In this document: piece by piece, positions 9,520-21,253 of the stretch | Numbering within the stretch: the first letter of the stretch is position 1 | Layout of the letters: each line of letters starts with the position of its first letter | Assembly (NCBI GenBank): GCA_000091205.1 | Contig: AP006500.2 | Strand: one strand, 5' to 3' | DNA: 64,000 nucleotides | Source of the DNA: Cyanidioschyzon merolae | Lineage: Eukaryota | Position numbers and translations under genes: made by a program | The notes under the pieces: generated by a model | Seen by the model: only the letters and a program-made list of their open reading frames with translations | Database searches by the model: none | Told to the model about the DNA's origin: nothing

Positions 9520-12500
9520 ATGGACTATGACCTGCAGACTTTCTCCTCAGCAGAGCTGAAGGCCGTAGGTGCTGTTCAGTTCGGGCTCCTGTCCCCGGAC
9601 GAACTGCGGCGCCTCTCGGTGGTGCGGGTTGAGTACGACGTAGCGTTCGAGCGTGGCGTGCCCAAGGCCGGGGGGGTGCTGGATCCTCGGCTGGGGGCAA
9701 TCGACCGGAACTTTCCATGTGCAACTTGCGAGGGGTCGTCGATCGACTGTCCGGGGCACTTTGGTCACATCGAGCTGGTCAAACCGGTGTTCAACGTGTT
9801 GATGCTGTCCACCGTGCTGAAAACGCTTCGTTGCGTGTGTTACTATTGTTCCCGTTTGCTTGTTGATGGTTCAGACTCGCGCATGCTGCGGGCAGCGAGG
9901 ATTAAGGATCCCGTCAAGCGTTTTCAGGCGGTTTTTCAACTCTGTAACGGAACAAGGGTTTGTGGCGGAGGCGCCGACAGCTCGGAGGAACAGCTGATGC
10001 TGCCTGCCGCCGTTCTCGAGGCTAGGGAGCGTATTGGCAAGCCTCGGGAAGGGTGCGGGAACCTTCAACCACATGTAACACGTGACGGCCTGCGAATTCT
10101 CGCGGAGTTTCCTGACGCGGAGGCCTTTGCAGCCGAGCGCAAGCAGGAGCTTGCCGCAGAGCGCGTCCAACAGATATTCCGACACATTCGTGACGAAGAC
10201 CTAGAGCTCCTCGGCTTTCATCCGCGGTTTTCCCGACCAGAATGGATGGTTCTGAGCGTGCTACCGGTGCCGCCACCACACGTGCGACCCTCGATCCAGA
10301 TGGATGCAGTGTCACGAGGGGAGGACGATCTGACGTTCAAACTGGGCGACATCATCAAGGCGAACAATGCCCTGCAGCGACTGGAGGCGGAAGGAGCGCC
10401 CGCCCATGTTATTCGGGAGCAGTACGTGCTTCTGCAATTCCACGTTGCCACATTTATGAACAACGATTTGCCGGGCATGCCTCGAGCGACACTGAGAAGT
10501 GGACGTCCGCTCAAGTCCATCGCCCAACGACTCAAAGGCAAAGAGGGTCGTGTCCGCAACAATCTCATGGGCAAAAGGGTGAACTTTTCGGCACGAACGG
10601 TGATCACTGCAGATCCGCAGCTGGCGCTTGATGAAGTCGGTGTCCCGCGCTCCGTGGCTATGACCCTCACCTACCCCGAAGTAGTAACGCCGTATAATAT
10701 CGACCGCTTATGGGAAGCGGTGCGAAACGGACCCAACGCCTATCCGGGTGCATTGTTTGTGATTCGAAACGATGGCAAGCGGATTGCGTTGCAGTTTGTG
10801 CGCCGATCGGCGGATATCGTGCTCGAACCGGGCTGCGTCGTGGAACGACACCTTCTGAACGGAGACCTAGTGCTCTTCAATCGTCAACCGTCTTTGCATC
10901 GCATGTCGATCATGGGACACCGGGTGCGCATCCTACCGTACTCAACGTTCCGCATGAACCTCAGCGCAACCAGTCCCTACAATGCGGATTTTGACGGTGA
11001 CGAAATGAACCTTCATGTCCCGCAGTCGGAGGAGGTTCGAGCGGAAATCAAGGAACTCATGGCAGTCCCCAAGAATATTGTATCTCCGCAGGCAAATCGC
11101 CCAGTGATGGGCATCGTGCAGGATTCACTGCTGGGCTGCATGCTCTTTACATTGCGAGATACGTTTTTGGAGGAAGACACGGTCTTTAATCTTCTGTTGC
11201 ACTTGCCGCACTTTGACGGACGCATTCCGGCACCAGCAATTCTGAAGCCGCGGCCACTCTGGACGGGAAAGCAGATCTTTTCGCTGCTTTTACCAGACGG
11301 CGTGAATCTAGAGCGCCTCTCCAACGGACATCCCGATCATGAGCGTACAATCATGACGCCCAGTGATACTCGCGTGCTCATCCAGAACGGAGAGCTCATC
11401 ACCGGCATCGTAGACAAACGCACGGTAGGATCCAGCGCGGGGTCGCTGATTCACGTCACCTGGAAGGAGTCAGGTCCAGAGAGAACGAGTCAACTGATCT
11501 CCGATATTCAACTCTTAATCAATTATTGGCTTATGCAGAACGGTATGAGCATTGGCATTGGAGACTGTATTGCTGATGCACACACCATGGCCGCTATTAA
11601 CCGAACGATTCAAGAAGCGAAGGACGAGGTGCGGCAGCTTATCCGTCTGGCACAAGAGGGTCGCCTCGAGCGTCAGCCCGGCAAAACGATGCTGGAGTCG
11701 TTCGAGGCCTGCGTGAATCGCGTACTGAACAGTGCCCGCGACAAGGCCGGTGGCTTTGCACAGGAGAGTCTCCTTCCAAGCAACAACATCAAGCGGATGG
11801 TGTCCGCCGGCAGCAAAGGCTCCTTCATTAATGTTTCCCAGATTGTGGCATGTGTTGGCCAGCAGAACGTCGAGGGCAAGCGCATCCCGTACGGCTTTCG
11901 TCGCCGAACACTTCCCCATTTCGTGGTGGACGATTTGTCACCCGAGGCCCGAGGATTCGTGGAGAACTCGTACCTCCGGGGACTGACTCCCGAGGAGGTC
12001 TTCTTTCATGCCATGGGCGGTCGAGAGGGTCTCATCGACACCGCAGTGAAGACTGCTGAAACCGGCTACATCCAGAGACGCCTCATGAAGGCCATGGAAG
12101 ACATTCGGATTGAATATGACGGTACTGTACGCAACTCGCTGGGCGATGTGATGCAGTTCCTCTACGGAGATGATGCCGCAGACGGGGCCATGCTGGAGGT
12201 GCAGGAGCTGCGCCTTGTGCGCGCAAGTAACCAGGAAATGGAAGCGCTCTTTCGTTTAGACGTATACGACCGAGATTTCGGCCTCGGCTACATAGAACCT
12301 GACCTAATCGACGCGGTGCGAACGGATCCTGAAGTGGCGCTCGAGCTCGAAGAAGAGTACCAACAGCTCTTGGCGGATCGCGAGCAACTCTGCGCGGTCT
12401 TTCCCACGGGTGAGGCCAAGTGGCCGCTTATGGTGAATGTTCAGCGGTTGATCCAGAACTGTCGCTCTATTTTCGGTATTCAACACGATACACTGAGCGA

Positions 12501-14979
12501 CTTGCATCCCCGGCAAATCATTCAAGGCGTGCGCGTACTGCTCCAGCGCTGCGTCGTTGTTCCTGGCGACGATGAGCTCTCCCGCGAGGCCCAGCGGAAC
12601 GCAGTACTGCTCTTTGCGGCCCACGTGCGGGCAGAGCTCGCCACGAAGCGTGTCCTGCAGATTCACCGGCTGAACAGCAAAGCTTTTGCCTGGCTTCTCG
12701 GCGAGATTGAGACGCGCTTTGTGCGAGCACGAGCAACACCTGGTGAAATGGTTGGCGCGGTTGCTGCCCAGTCGCTGGGTGAGCCTGCCACCCAGATGAC
12801 CCTGAACACATTTCATTTTGCGGGTGTGTCGGCAAAGAACGTCACCCTGGGAGTCCCGCGTCTCAAAGAGCTGATCAACGTAGCTCGTCAAGCGAAAACT
12901 CCATCTGTTACGGTGTATCTGAAGAGCGGCAAAGATAAGGAGCTGGCGAATATTGTGCAGAGTGAGCTAGAGCAGTGCCGACTCCGCGACGTGGTCGAAA
13001 GCAGCGCCATCTACTTTGATCCGGATCCCGCGAACACCGTTGTGGAAGCGGATCGGGAATGGGTCCGCGACTACTTCGACTTGCCCGATGAGATGGACCG
13101 GCCCGAGCGCTTATCGCCTTGGCTTTTGCGCATCGTCCTGAGCACCGAGATGATGATTGACAAACGCCTGCGATTGAGCGATGTTGCTCGTCGTCTGCGG
13201 GCGGAGTTTGGTGGCGACCTCTCCGTTGTCTATTCGGATGACAATGCCGAGCAACTGGTGATGCACATTCGCATGGCCGGAGACGAGTACGAGAAAGGCG
13301 CGCTGGGCGTTCCGATTCTCGGCGAGTCGGAGCGCCTTGACGATACACTGAACCTACTGGGGCCTGGCGACATGACCGCGGGCGGGAACCAGTCGCTAGA
13401 GGCACTGGACTCGGGCACCGTTGAGGAGCAAGATGATGTTTTTCTGAAGCGTATTGAACTAGCGCTCCTAGAGGATATGCAGCTGAAAGGGATTCCAGGT
13501 ATTCGAAAGGTGTTCCTGCGTCAGACGCAACGTGTTCTCTTTGATCCCGAGGCAGGATCTTTTCGCAGTGCGCCTGAGTGGGTGCTAGATACCGAAGGGA
13601 CGGCGCTATTGGCGGTGCTTTCCCATCCGGATGTGGATGCGAGGCGCACGATTTCCAACGAGATTACCGAAGTGCTACAAGTGCTCGGGATTGAGGCTGC
13701 TCGGCAAGCGCTTTACAATGAGATGTACGCGGTGCTGAGTTTTGATGGATCCAGTGTTGGATACCGGCACTTGGCGTTGCTGGTCGAGGTGATGACCTGT
13801 CGCGGAATGCTCATACCTGTATCTCGATTCGGAATTAATCGACTCGAGACGGGACCATTGATGCGCTGCACTTTTGAAGAGACCGTCGAGATTCTCGCAA
13901 CCGCGGCGACCTTTGGCGTTCGTGATGCTTGTGAGGGTGTCTCGCAAGCGGTGATTCTGGGGCAACGAGCAAAAGTAGGCACCGGGGCCTTTTCACTAAC
14001 GCTCGACGAGTCTGTACTGAATCAGGCAGAAACGGAAACGAGCGTTGCTGCAGTGCGGGACGCCCACGTCGGCGGTGTCTTTGCGAAAGCCTATGCTGCA
14101 GCCGACGTGGATGCAGATCACTGGACACCAGCGTACACGCCAGGAGCAACGCCTGGGATGGCCAGCGACGGCTTCGCAGCGCCCTGGACTCCGAGTTTGA
14201 ACCTCGCGAGTCCGTACGGTTCATTTTCCCCAGCCGTTGGCTTTAGCCCAGCAACGAGCACATATGTCGGTGGTGATGCGATGAAGGATGCCGGTCGGTA
14301 TGGGCTCGGTGGAACCTCACCCTTTGCGAGCTTCTCCGCTAGTGCGACGACTCCGAATTGGGCTCCGAGTCCCGCGGGGGGCGGGACCGGTACGTTGGGC
14401 GCATTTTCGCCATCGAGTCCCGCCTATTCGCCAACGAGTCCTCGTTTGGTGTCGCCGACGAGCCCTGCATACTCACCAACAAGTCCTGCGTATTCGCCGA
14501 CGAGCCCTGCATACTCACCAACAAGTCCTGCGTATTCGCCGACGAGCCCTGCATACTCACCAACAAGTCCTGCGTATTCGCCGACGAGCCCTGCGTATTC
14601 GCCTTCATCACCGAATGTTGCATATTCGCCTTCATCACCGAATGTTGCCTATTCACCTTCTTCACCGAATGTTGCCTATTCACCTTCTTCACCGAATGTT
14701 GCATATTCACCTTCTTCACCGAATGTTGCATATTCGCCCTCATCACCGAATGTTGCATATTCGCCCTCATCACCGAACGTTGCGTACTCGCCTTCTTCAC
14801 CGAATGTTGCATACTCGCCCTCATCACCGAATGTAGCGTATTCACCTTCTTCACCGGTTGCATATTCACCCTCTTCACCGAACGTTGCCTACTCACCCTC
14901 ATCACCGAATGTGGCATACTCGCCTTCGTCACCGGCGTTTTCACCATCGTCACCTGTATATTCTCCAAAAAACAAATAG
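9520..14979 (+). CDS. RPB1: DNA-directed RNA polymerase II largest subunit (RPB1), with its C-terminal repeat domain
   Basis: The ATG at 9520 gives 'MDYDLQTFSSAELKAVGAVQFGLLSPDELRRLSVV'; the track start at 9481 is GTG. The zinc motif 'CATCEGSSIDCPGHFGHIEL', 'NADFDGDEMNLHVPQS' and the trigger-loop and bridge regions are present. The C-terminus has YSPTSPA heptads followed by YSPSSPNVA nonamers. It is a single 5.4 kb exon. Confidence 0.97.
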   Translation: MDYDLQTFSSAELKAVGAVQFGLLSPDELRRLSVVRVEYDVAFERGVPKAGGVLDPRLGAIDRNFPCATCEGSSIDCPGHFGHIELVKPVFNVLMLSTVLKTLRCVCYYCSRLLVDGSDSRMLRAARIKDPVKRFQAVFQLCNGTRVCGGGADSSEEQLMLPAAVLEARERIGKPREGCGNLQPHVTRDGLRILAEFPDAEAFAAERKQELAAERVQQIFRHIRDEDLELLGFHPRFSRPEWMVLSVLPVPPPHVRPSIQMDAVSRGEDDLTFKLGDIIKANNALQRLEAEGAPAHVIREQYVLLQFHVATFMNNDLPGMPRATLRSGRPLKSIAQRLKGKEGRVRNNLMGKRVNFSARTVITADPQLALDEVGVPRSVAMTLTYPEVVTPYNIDRLWEAVRNGPNAYPGALFVIRNDGKRIALQFVRRSADIVLEPGCVVERHLLNGDLVLFNRQPSLHRMSIMGHRVRILPYSTFRMNLSATSPYNADFDGDEMNLHVPQSEEVRAEIKELMAVPKNIVSPQANRPVMGIVQDSLLGCMLFTLRDTFLEEDTVFNLLLHLPHFDGRIPAPAILKPRPLWTGKQIFSLLLPDGVNLERLSNGHPDHERTIMTPSDTRVLIQNGELITGIVDKRTVGSSAGSLIHVTWKESGPERTSQLISDIQLLINYWLMQNGMSIGIGDCIADAHTMAAINRTIQEAKDEVRQLIRLAQEGRLERQPGKTMLESFEACVNRVLNSARDKAGGFAQESLLPSNNIKRMVSAGSKGSFINVSQIVACVGQQNVEGKRIPYGFRRRTLPHFVVDDLSPEARGFVENSYLRGLTPEEVFFHAMGGREGLIDTAVKTAETGYIQRRLMKAMEDIRIEYDGTVRNSLGDVMQFLYGDDAADGAMLEVQELRLVRASNQEMEALFRLDVYDRDFGLGYIEPDLIDAVRTDPEVALELEEEYQQLLADREQLCAVFPTGEAKWPLMVNVQRLIQNCRSIFGIQHDTLSDLHPRQIIQGVRVLLQRCVVVPGDDELSREAQRNAVLLFAAHVRAELATKRVLQIHRLNSKAFAWLLGEIETRFVRARATPGEMVGAVAAQSLGEPATQMTLNTFHFAGVSAKNVTLGVPRLKELINVARQAKTPSVTVYLKSGKDKELANIVQSELEQCRLRDVVESSAIYFDPDPANTVVEADREWVRDYFDLPDEMDRPERLSPWLLRIVLSTEMMIDKRLRLSDVARRLRAEFGGDLSVVYSDDNAEQLVMHIRMAGDEYEKGALGVPILGESERLDDTLNLLGPGDMTAGGNQSLEALDSGTVEEQDDVFLKRIELALLEDMQLKGIPGIRKVFLRQTQRVLFDPEAGSFRSAPEWVLDTEGTALLAVLSHPDVDARRTISNEITEVLQVLGIEAARQALYNEMYAVLSFDGSSVGYRHLALLVEVMTCRGMLIPVSRFGINRLETGPLMRCTFEETVEILATAATFGVRDACEGVSQAVILGQRAKVGTGAFSLTLDESVLNQAETETSVAAVRDAHVGGVFAKAYAAADVDADHWTPAYTPGATPGMASDGFAAPWTPSLNLASPYGSFSPAVGFSPATSTYVGGDAMKDAGRYGLGGTSPFASFSASATTPNWAPSPAGGGTGTLGAFSPSSPAYSPTSPRLVSPTSPAYSPTSPAYSPTSPAYSPTSPAYSPTSPAYSPTSPAYSPTSPAYSPSSPNVAYSPSSPNVAYSPSSPNVAYSPSSPNVAYSPSSPNVAYSPSSPNVAYSPSSPNVAYSPSSPNVAYSPSSPNVAYSPSSPVAYSPSSPNVAYSPSSPNVAYSPSSPAFSPSSPVYSPKNK
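14440..14940 (+). repeat. Coding tandem repeats of the RPB1 CTD. A 42-bp unit (two YSPTSPA heptads) is repeated about 3.5 times, then a 27-bp unit (YSPSSPNVA) about 11 times.
   Basis: The nucleotide units are near-identical, for example 'tattcgccttcatcaccgaatgttgca' repeated. Confidence 0.9.
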
Positions 14980-15622
14980 AGCTTGTTGTTTTTGTTTAAT
15001 CTTGGACAAGGTCCAGTACAAAAACCAAACTGCTCGATGGACTGCATCGAGTGGAACGATCTGCGATTCTTTAAAGCAATCGCTGAGGTATCCGGATAGG
15101 ACACCTTTAGGCGCTTCTGCGACACGGATTCCCTTTGCGATGCATGAACCTGAACTGCAGGGCATTTCAACTCCCAGACGGGCGACTGGGTCATGCACCA
15201 GAGACTAGAGACCTCACGGAAACACACACACACACAGAGTGTCGCGGTTCTCCAATCCTGAGCAAGCACCCGCTACGCACACGTCCTGATGCAGTCGGCA
15301 CTGGCTGGGGAGGATTTCGTGCCTTGTCGCCGCTGCATTGCAATCAACCGTTGTGAACGAAAGAAGCAACCGCTGCTGCTGCTGCTGCTGCTATGGTACA
15401 GCAGTGCCCGCCTTGCATTCTACATCGCCAATGCGGCATACCCGGTACCCTTTCGCGATCCACAAGCTCGTACAGATACGAAAACCCACAACGCAGGCGC
15501 ATTCATGTCTATCACAGCGCATCGGTGCGTTGTGGCTTGCCTCGAGTCGCCGCTGTCAGTGTTTTGTCGACACACCCTCTGGCCACGGAGGCATAGAGCG
15601 ATTCTGCGGATCAGCGAAATCC

Positions 15623-16972
15623 TCACACAAGAGCCTCCAGACGATTCCCCAGTTTCGCCAGGTGCACGTAGGCATCCGTTCCAAAGCCCTCCATGGAAGC
15701 AATGCTCAATTCGCCTCCAAAATAACGCGCATAGAGCCGAGATAGCGGCAGACCGTAGCCGAAGCCGGCTAGCGGGTCCATGGAAGCTCCTCGCGCACCG
15801 TGTACATGACTCCCAGGTCCATATTCGGGTTGGATCAGCGCCTCTGGGGGTACTGTTGCCGTTGTGAACATGTAAGTCCAAATTTTGGGTAAACTGGAAC
15901 GCGAAATGCCGCCTCCCTCGTCGGCGATCTTCAGCGTCACATCCTCATATCCATCCGCAATAATCACCTTGATCGGCGGAAAGCTTTCCCGTCCCATATG
16001 ATGCTCCATGGTTGCTCGGATGGAGTTTTTGAGCAACTCGAACAGCACATGATAGAGATGCCCCTCAATGTATGGGAACTCCAGGTCGGTTTTCCCCAGG
16101 ATAACCACCTCGGGCGGCTCTTCACCGTAGTGTCGATAGGCTAGTGCTCGCGCTGCATCCGCCGCATCCGCTGCAACGTGCGCTGGTCGACAACGTATGT
16201 GAATAATGCCCACGTATCCCTGGCGCGATCGCTCCAGAGACATACTGACTTGTTGAGAAATGAGCACGCGAATGCCTATCCTTGAAGTGTAGAAGCGATC
16301 AAGGAACGAGCTGATGTGAATGTCATCCGCGCCCATCCCACAGGATTGCTTCAGTTCGAGTACCCCGCACGCAATCTGTCGCACAACGTCAGAGTGCCGG
16401 TCTCGGATGCGACGCAGGAGCTCCGTAAAACGACGCTCCTCTTCACCTTCCCGTTCAGGCCGGGGATGCATGAGGATGTCGGCGAAGGAGTTCTCGTATA
16501 GTTCGCAAACGCGTTTCACGCTGCGCATCTCCGACAGACCGTATGGAAGCGACTGTAGTTCCACTACGCGGTGCGCCAGTCGAATGGCGAGCTCACGATG
16601 CATCAGTTGCGCCGCAAGCAGCAGCTTCTTCGGTGTCGGATGTCGACCAAACTCGAGCAGCTGTCGCAGCGACACTGGAGTCGCGCTGCGACGAGCGTAG
16701 CGCGGGATGAGTTCCAACGCCTCCTCCCTGCTCGAAGGCAGACGCAGAAGCAGCGGTTTCGCTTCCAGTGGCGTATACGCGACGTCTGGTTGACTCGGCG
16801 GGCATCCAGACGCGAGCCAACTGGGAATCGAGGGATCCTCCGCACTAGTTCTCAGGGAGGCGGCAGGTGCGAGCCGCTGTGCAGAGGTCCAGCCCCGCGT
16901 TGCTGACGGCCACAGCCCTGAGCCGAGTCTTAAAACGGCCCATGCCAGACCCTGCTTTCTCCAGATAGCCAT
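15623..16972 (-). CDS. Mitochondrial pyruvate dehydrogenase kinase / branched-chain ketoacid dehydrogenase kinase (PDK/BCKDK family, GHKL ATPase)
   Basis: The first ATG is at 16972 (MAIWRKQGLAWAVLRLGS, presequence-like; track start 16987 is TTG). 'HLYHVLFELLKNSIRATMEHH' matches PDK 'HLYHMLFELFKNAMRATVE'. 'ADEGGGISRSSLPKIWTYMFTTA' and 'GFGYGLPLSRLYARYFGGELSIASMEGFGTDAYVHL' are the G1/G2 boxes. Confidence 0.85.
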   Translation of the reverse strand: MAIWRKQGLAWAVLRLGSGLWPSATRGWTSAQRLAPAASLRTSAEDPSIPSWLASGCPPSQPDVAYTPLEAKPLLLRLPSSREEALELIPRYARRSATPVSLRQLLEFGRHPTPKKLLLAAQLMHRELAIRLAHRVVELQSLPYGLSEMRSVKRVCELYENSFADILMHPRPEREGEEERRFTELLRRIRDRHSDVVRQIACGVLELKQSCGMGADDIHISSFLDRFYTSRIGIRVLISQQVSMSLERSRQGYVGIIHIRCRPAHVAADAADAARALAYRHYGEEPPEVVILGKTDLEFPYIEGHLYHVLFELLKNSIRATMEHHMGRESFPPIKVIIADGYEDVTLKIADEGGGISRSSLPKIWTYMFTTATVPPEALIQPEYGPGSHVHGARGASMDPLAGFGYGLPLSRLYARYFGGELSIASMEGFGTDAYVHLAKLGNRLEALV

Positions 16973-19900
16973 AGAGAGATGAATCAAGTCAAGTTAGTTG
17001 GATCGGATTGGCGCTGGAACTCCCACGCCCATACACACACACACACAGTGCCCAAGCTCGCATAGAACAGGTGACGCAGTTTGAGATCGGTTTCGCGAAC
17101 GAGCGGCAGGGCGTTGGTACCGCGGCGCCACGCGCTCGGGCAGGCCCTGATATTGGACGGCACGGAAATCATGCCTATTTTTGGTATAAATTGGATACAA
17201 ATGACATGCATGAACCCCACATTGCTGAACAGAATAGGACATACAGGATCGAAGCACTGCCAGATGCTTGGCAATCCCATGTCGCATTTTGGCGAGCGGG
17301 GCCACAACACTCGCGTCTGAGGATGTTAATTTCGGACGCTAGGTGTTCTTTTGCAGGCGACTGGTAACCGCACGAGCGTTCTATCCTGCGTGCTGTGTCA
17401 GCTCCAGCGTAAGCGTTCCTGCTCGTCTTGGGGTCTTTCCAAGGAAACGCTACCTCTGGAGAAAGCTCGGCTCGAGTTTTGCGTGCGCATGTCGGAACAC
17501 GGAGCAGAGCACGGGAGCCAGGGCGCCGCAGCCCCAGAAACACAACGCAGCATTTCTGGGCGTTTGCTGGGCCTTCGCTTTATGCAACGAGCGCTGGAAC
17601 GAACACAGCCTGAGCACCGGGATCATCTGCGCACTACGGGAACGCTACCTCATCAAACTTCGGGCAAAGCACGGCACTCAGTTGAAAAGAAAGCACAACA
17701 GCCAGCGAACGAGGAGCGAAGGCTCCTTGTTGTGTGTGATTACGAGTACAGTGTAGCTGCTGAGGACCTGAAGCTGAGTCAATATGCCACAGCTCGACAG
17801 CGTTACGGCTTCGAGACAACAGCGGTTTTTTTTGAAGAAGAAGCGACGACCGGTCTGGTGCTAGCTCGCACCGAGTCTTCGCCCAACAACGTCGATGAAA
17901 CCTTGCGGCAGGCACCGGGGTCGACACCTCGGCACCCCGATACGCGTCACGGAGACGAGCGCTTCCGCGAACTAGCCCATGATGGCCGCGCTCGACGGCG
18001 GCTAGATGGTTCGCGTGTGGCAAAGCGTTCCGCACCGTCTTCGCTCGCCGAAGCGTCGTTCTGCAGCGTCCGTGGACACCAGCGGAAACCGTGTCGTTTC
18101 TCAAAGTTGACCAGGTCGTCGCAACAAGGAGCAACTACGCGAAGACGCTAGCGAAATGGCTGACTCCCGACCTGAAATGGAGGATACACCAATGACCCGG
18201 GATTGATGGAGCACACTCGACGATGCCGCTTACCTGCGCCTAGATTTGAACACTTGTGCAGCCATCGACTGTGTCACTTGACTTCAGCAAGGTGATTCGG
18301 GATCAAATTCCAGTGATTCGGATTCATTGTTGCCACTTATCTGCGTCCCGCGTTCCGTACTCCTGCGGATACGGACAGCGTTCCGTACTCCTGCGGATAC
18401 GGACAGCGTTCCTCGGCGCTCCTCCAAAGTATACGTGGAGAATCGAGCTGCCAGCGATCCAGCTGCCTTACAACCAGCACCGTCCAGAGAGACACGAGGA
18501 CTGCAAGATGCCTTGGTGCGGTGCGTCATCGACTTGGCCGATGGAGACGTTTGCCGTGCCGCTTGTCTCGTAACGAGTATTATCGGATAATGGATCATCA
18601 TTGCCGTCTACCAACTGTGCTGCAAAATCATTTTATCCGCCTATCCGCGGCACGTCAGCCTCTCCGTATTGCTGAACCGCACCATAGCTGTGGCCTGCTC
18701 CGGGCGAGAATCCAGTTGCCTCTCTCGTAGACACTGATTTTTTCATTGAAAGTATTCAGCGTTACAGCACAGTGCCCAGACTGAGTAGTGCATAATAGCT
18801 TCAAAAAAGCGCATGACACAAAGCCGCTGGACACACTCTCGGAGCACGTGATGACCTATACGGATGCTCATCGAGGCGTTCAATACTCGGTGCAGAGGGT
18901 GCTTGCATGCATTTTTGCCGGCGGCGTTACACCATCGCAAGCCTCTCACGTTCGACTGCTGCGCCAGTTGACGTTGAGTTCGCATAACGTACTCCATCTG
19001 GTACATATGTCTGTGTCCAATGCTCTTCTTTTCATCCTGTTTGAGCGTGCAACCGCGCTTGTGATGCGTTTACGTCGTCGTGAAGGCATCCACGAGAATC
19101 ACGCTGAATCGAATCCTCCGCACGTTCAACGCCCACGTCGACGGAGCGTGCGTGCAACTTTTACGTGTTACAGCGTATCCAACTCCATCGGCTACCGCCA
19201 CTAAACGACACGAGTTGTCTGTTACTTAGTTTTCCAACTCATTGAACAAATTGTCAAATGCAAGCTTTTTGTGCGCGTTAGACCGGAACAGCTGGTGATC
19301 CTGGCACGGTCTCATGCACTCCTGCCAAGATCGCTGACTTGAGCCACATTGATGCCCGCGTACCGTCTGAATGAGGCGTGCGGAGCTTTCTGCTCCGCTC
19401 GATGCAGAACTCAGAGCGTCGAGACGGATCCCCGTGATGTTCGTCCACTTGTTGGCATGCCTTCTGGCGTCCATGATGCCGCGTACTCAACCATTCGGAG
19501 CCCTGGGAAAATTGAGCGGTTTGATGGGCTTTCCGTTCAGGCCTTTAACGCGGTGCTTTTGATTGGTAGAGGTACGGCGACGGCCTTGACGGGTTTCAAC
19601 CCCGGATCCAGGCCCGTGATGACGGCTTCTACTTCGTCTGGATTGAACGTTTCAATACGGGCGTCGCTGCTCGACACACCTTTCGGTATCATCATGTGCA
19701 TGCTGCGTGAGATTCCGTTGGTCTGCATTGTCCCTGCAAAATGCTTTCAATGTCCACTTTATATATGAGAGATCTTGAATGAGATGCCCCAACGCTCTCT
19801 GCGAAGCTCATCGCGTCATGCAAAGCTCCTCGCAGAGACCAGCCGTTGCTTATTGCATAGCGAATATTCCACAAAGGTGTCTACAGTTATATCACGGGTC

Positions 19901-21097
19901 ATGTGCTGAAATACTGGAACCACATCTTATTGGATATTGAGGATGCTAGGGCGCTCGGCTTCGACGTGCGCGTCTGCTTTGTTCTGAGCCGGCAGGCTCT
20001 GTTCTGAAAAACGTGTCGCAAATTGCGAACAAGTCAGCGATCACATTCCAGGCGTTTTTGCTAGACGAGCTTCACTGGCCGCAGACCGAAACCGCGGCTA
20101 TAAGCTTGGACGTTCCGGGGTGACACTCGTTCTCGTTGCGACTTCGCTTCGGAAGTCGCAGTCAACTCGAGCGCTTTGATCACCACGAGCTCGTCCCTGG
20201 CCTCCTTCGACACTGCGAAAGATCCAATTCACCAGTCGCAGCTTTTATTTGGTCTTGTGAGGTTATAACGGCCACAAATTGCGCGATGTGCGCCCCATGA
20301 AGCGCTCGACATTGACTCGCATCTGATTTCTGAGGTTCCTTTGATACGTTTTTGACAATCGTACAGCACAGCAGAGCTTTTCCGATCGCCGATATCGTGT
20401 GGCGCCCCCGGAAAGCATCCTGGGAATCGTGTATAGGAATTTGTGATGCAATGCTCAGAACTTGTTGCATCATGTCTCCGGAGCATCAGTTTTGTTGTTG
20501 CACGAATGTTGGATCACAATATTCTTGAGCAACTTGGACATCTGGTGGCCCTGCTCTCGGAACGCCAAAGAATAGCAGCATGACGATTGCGTCAAGCCGA
20601 GTGATGCTGGGCGAGAGACAATCGCGTAGGAGGCTTCGCGACACCACATGCCGTCCTGCATCTCACATTTCGGAAGATGCTCCCTACTGATATCTATTCG
20701 TTGAGAAGCAGTGATTATGGTTTCAGAATGATGTATCCTGGATGACACATTTCCATTCCAGACCCGTCTCATTCTCCTTTTGAGAGAATCTTTCTTCTTT
20801 TTGTCAAGTTTTATTTTCTCCGTCTTCACTTTCACCTTACCATGGTGTTCTGGTATGAAAGTAGTCACTATACTTTATATCCGTCTTGTGTCCTCGGGAC
20901 TCAGACGTACTGGGCGGACGTTGACACCGAAGCCTACCTTTTCTGTCCGTGTATAGATCTACTTTTGCTCAGGAAGTTTTACGTCACCTTTTGCGTCGCG
21001 AGCATGCCCAAAAACCGATGCACGGCTTGCCGGTCCGTCCTCCGTGCGACCAGAGGAGCTACACATCATTCCAGGGCTGATGAAGGTAGCGACCGAC

Positions 21098-21253
21098 TTG
21101 TCGAAGAACGGTGCCCCGGATGCGAACGACTCCACTACTGATCCGTCTATGGAAAAAACGCGTTTCCCGTGGAAAAGCGACCGACTTGTCGAAGAACGGT
21201 GCCCCGGATGCGAACGACTCCGCTGTTGATCCGTCTATGGAAAAAGGCGTTTC
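21098..21253. repeat. Tandem duplication of a ~78-bp unit ('gaccgacttgtcgaagaacggtgccccggatgcgaacgactcc...'). There are two copies.
   Basis: Read directly. The copies differ at a few positions. Confidence 0.85.

Noticed and set aside
10022-13418. Several 100-195-aa ORFs on the minus strand and in alternative frames inside RPB1
   Set aside because: They lie entirely within and antisense to, or out of frame with, a strongly supported conserved CDS. They are a GC-rich codon-bias artefact.
14288-14999. Alternative-frame ORFs across the CTD repeat, both strands (182, 209 and 213 aa; 'HRMLHIRLHHRMLPIHLL…', 'DEPCILTNKSCVFADEPC…')
   Set aside because: They are translations of the 21/27-bp coding repeats in the wrong frame or strand.
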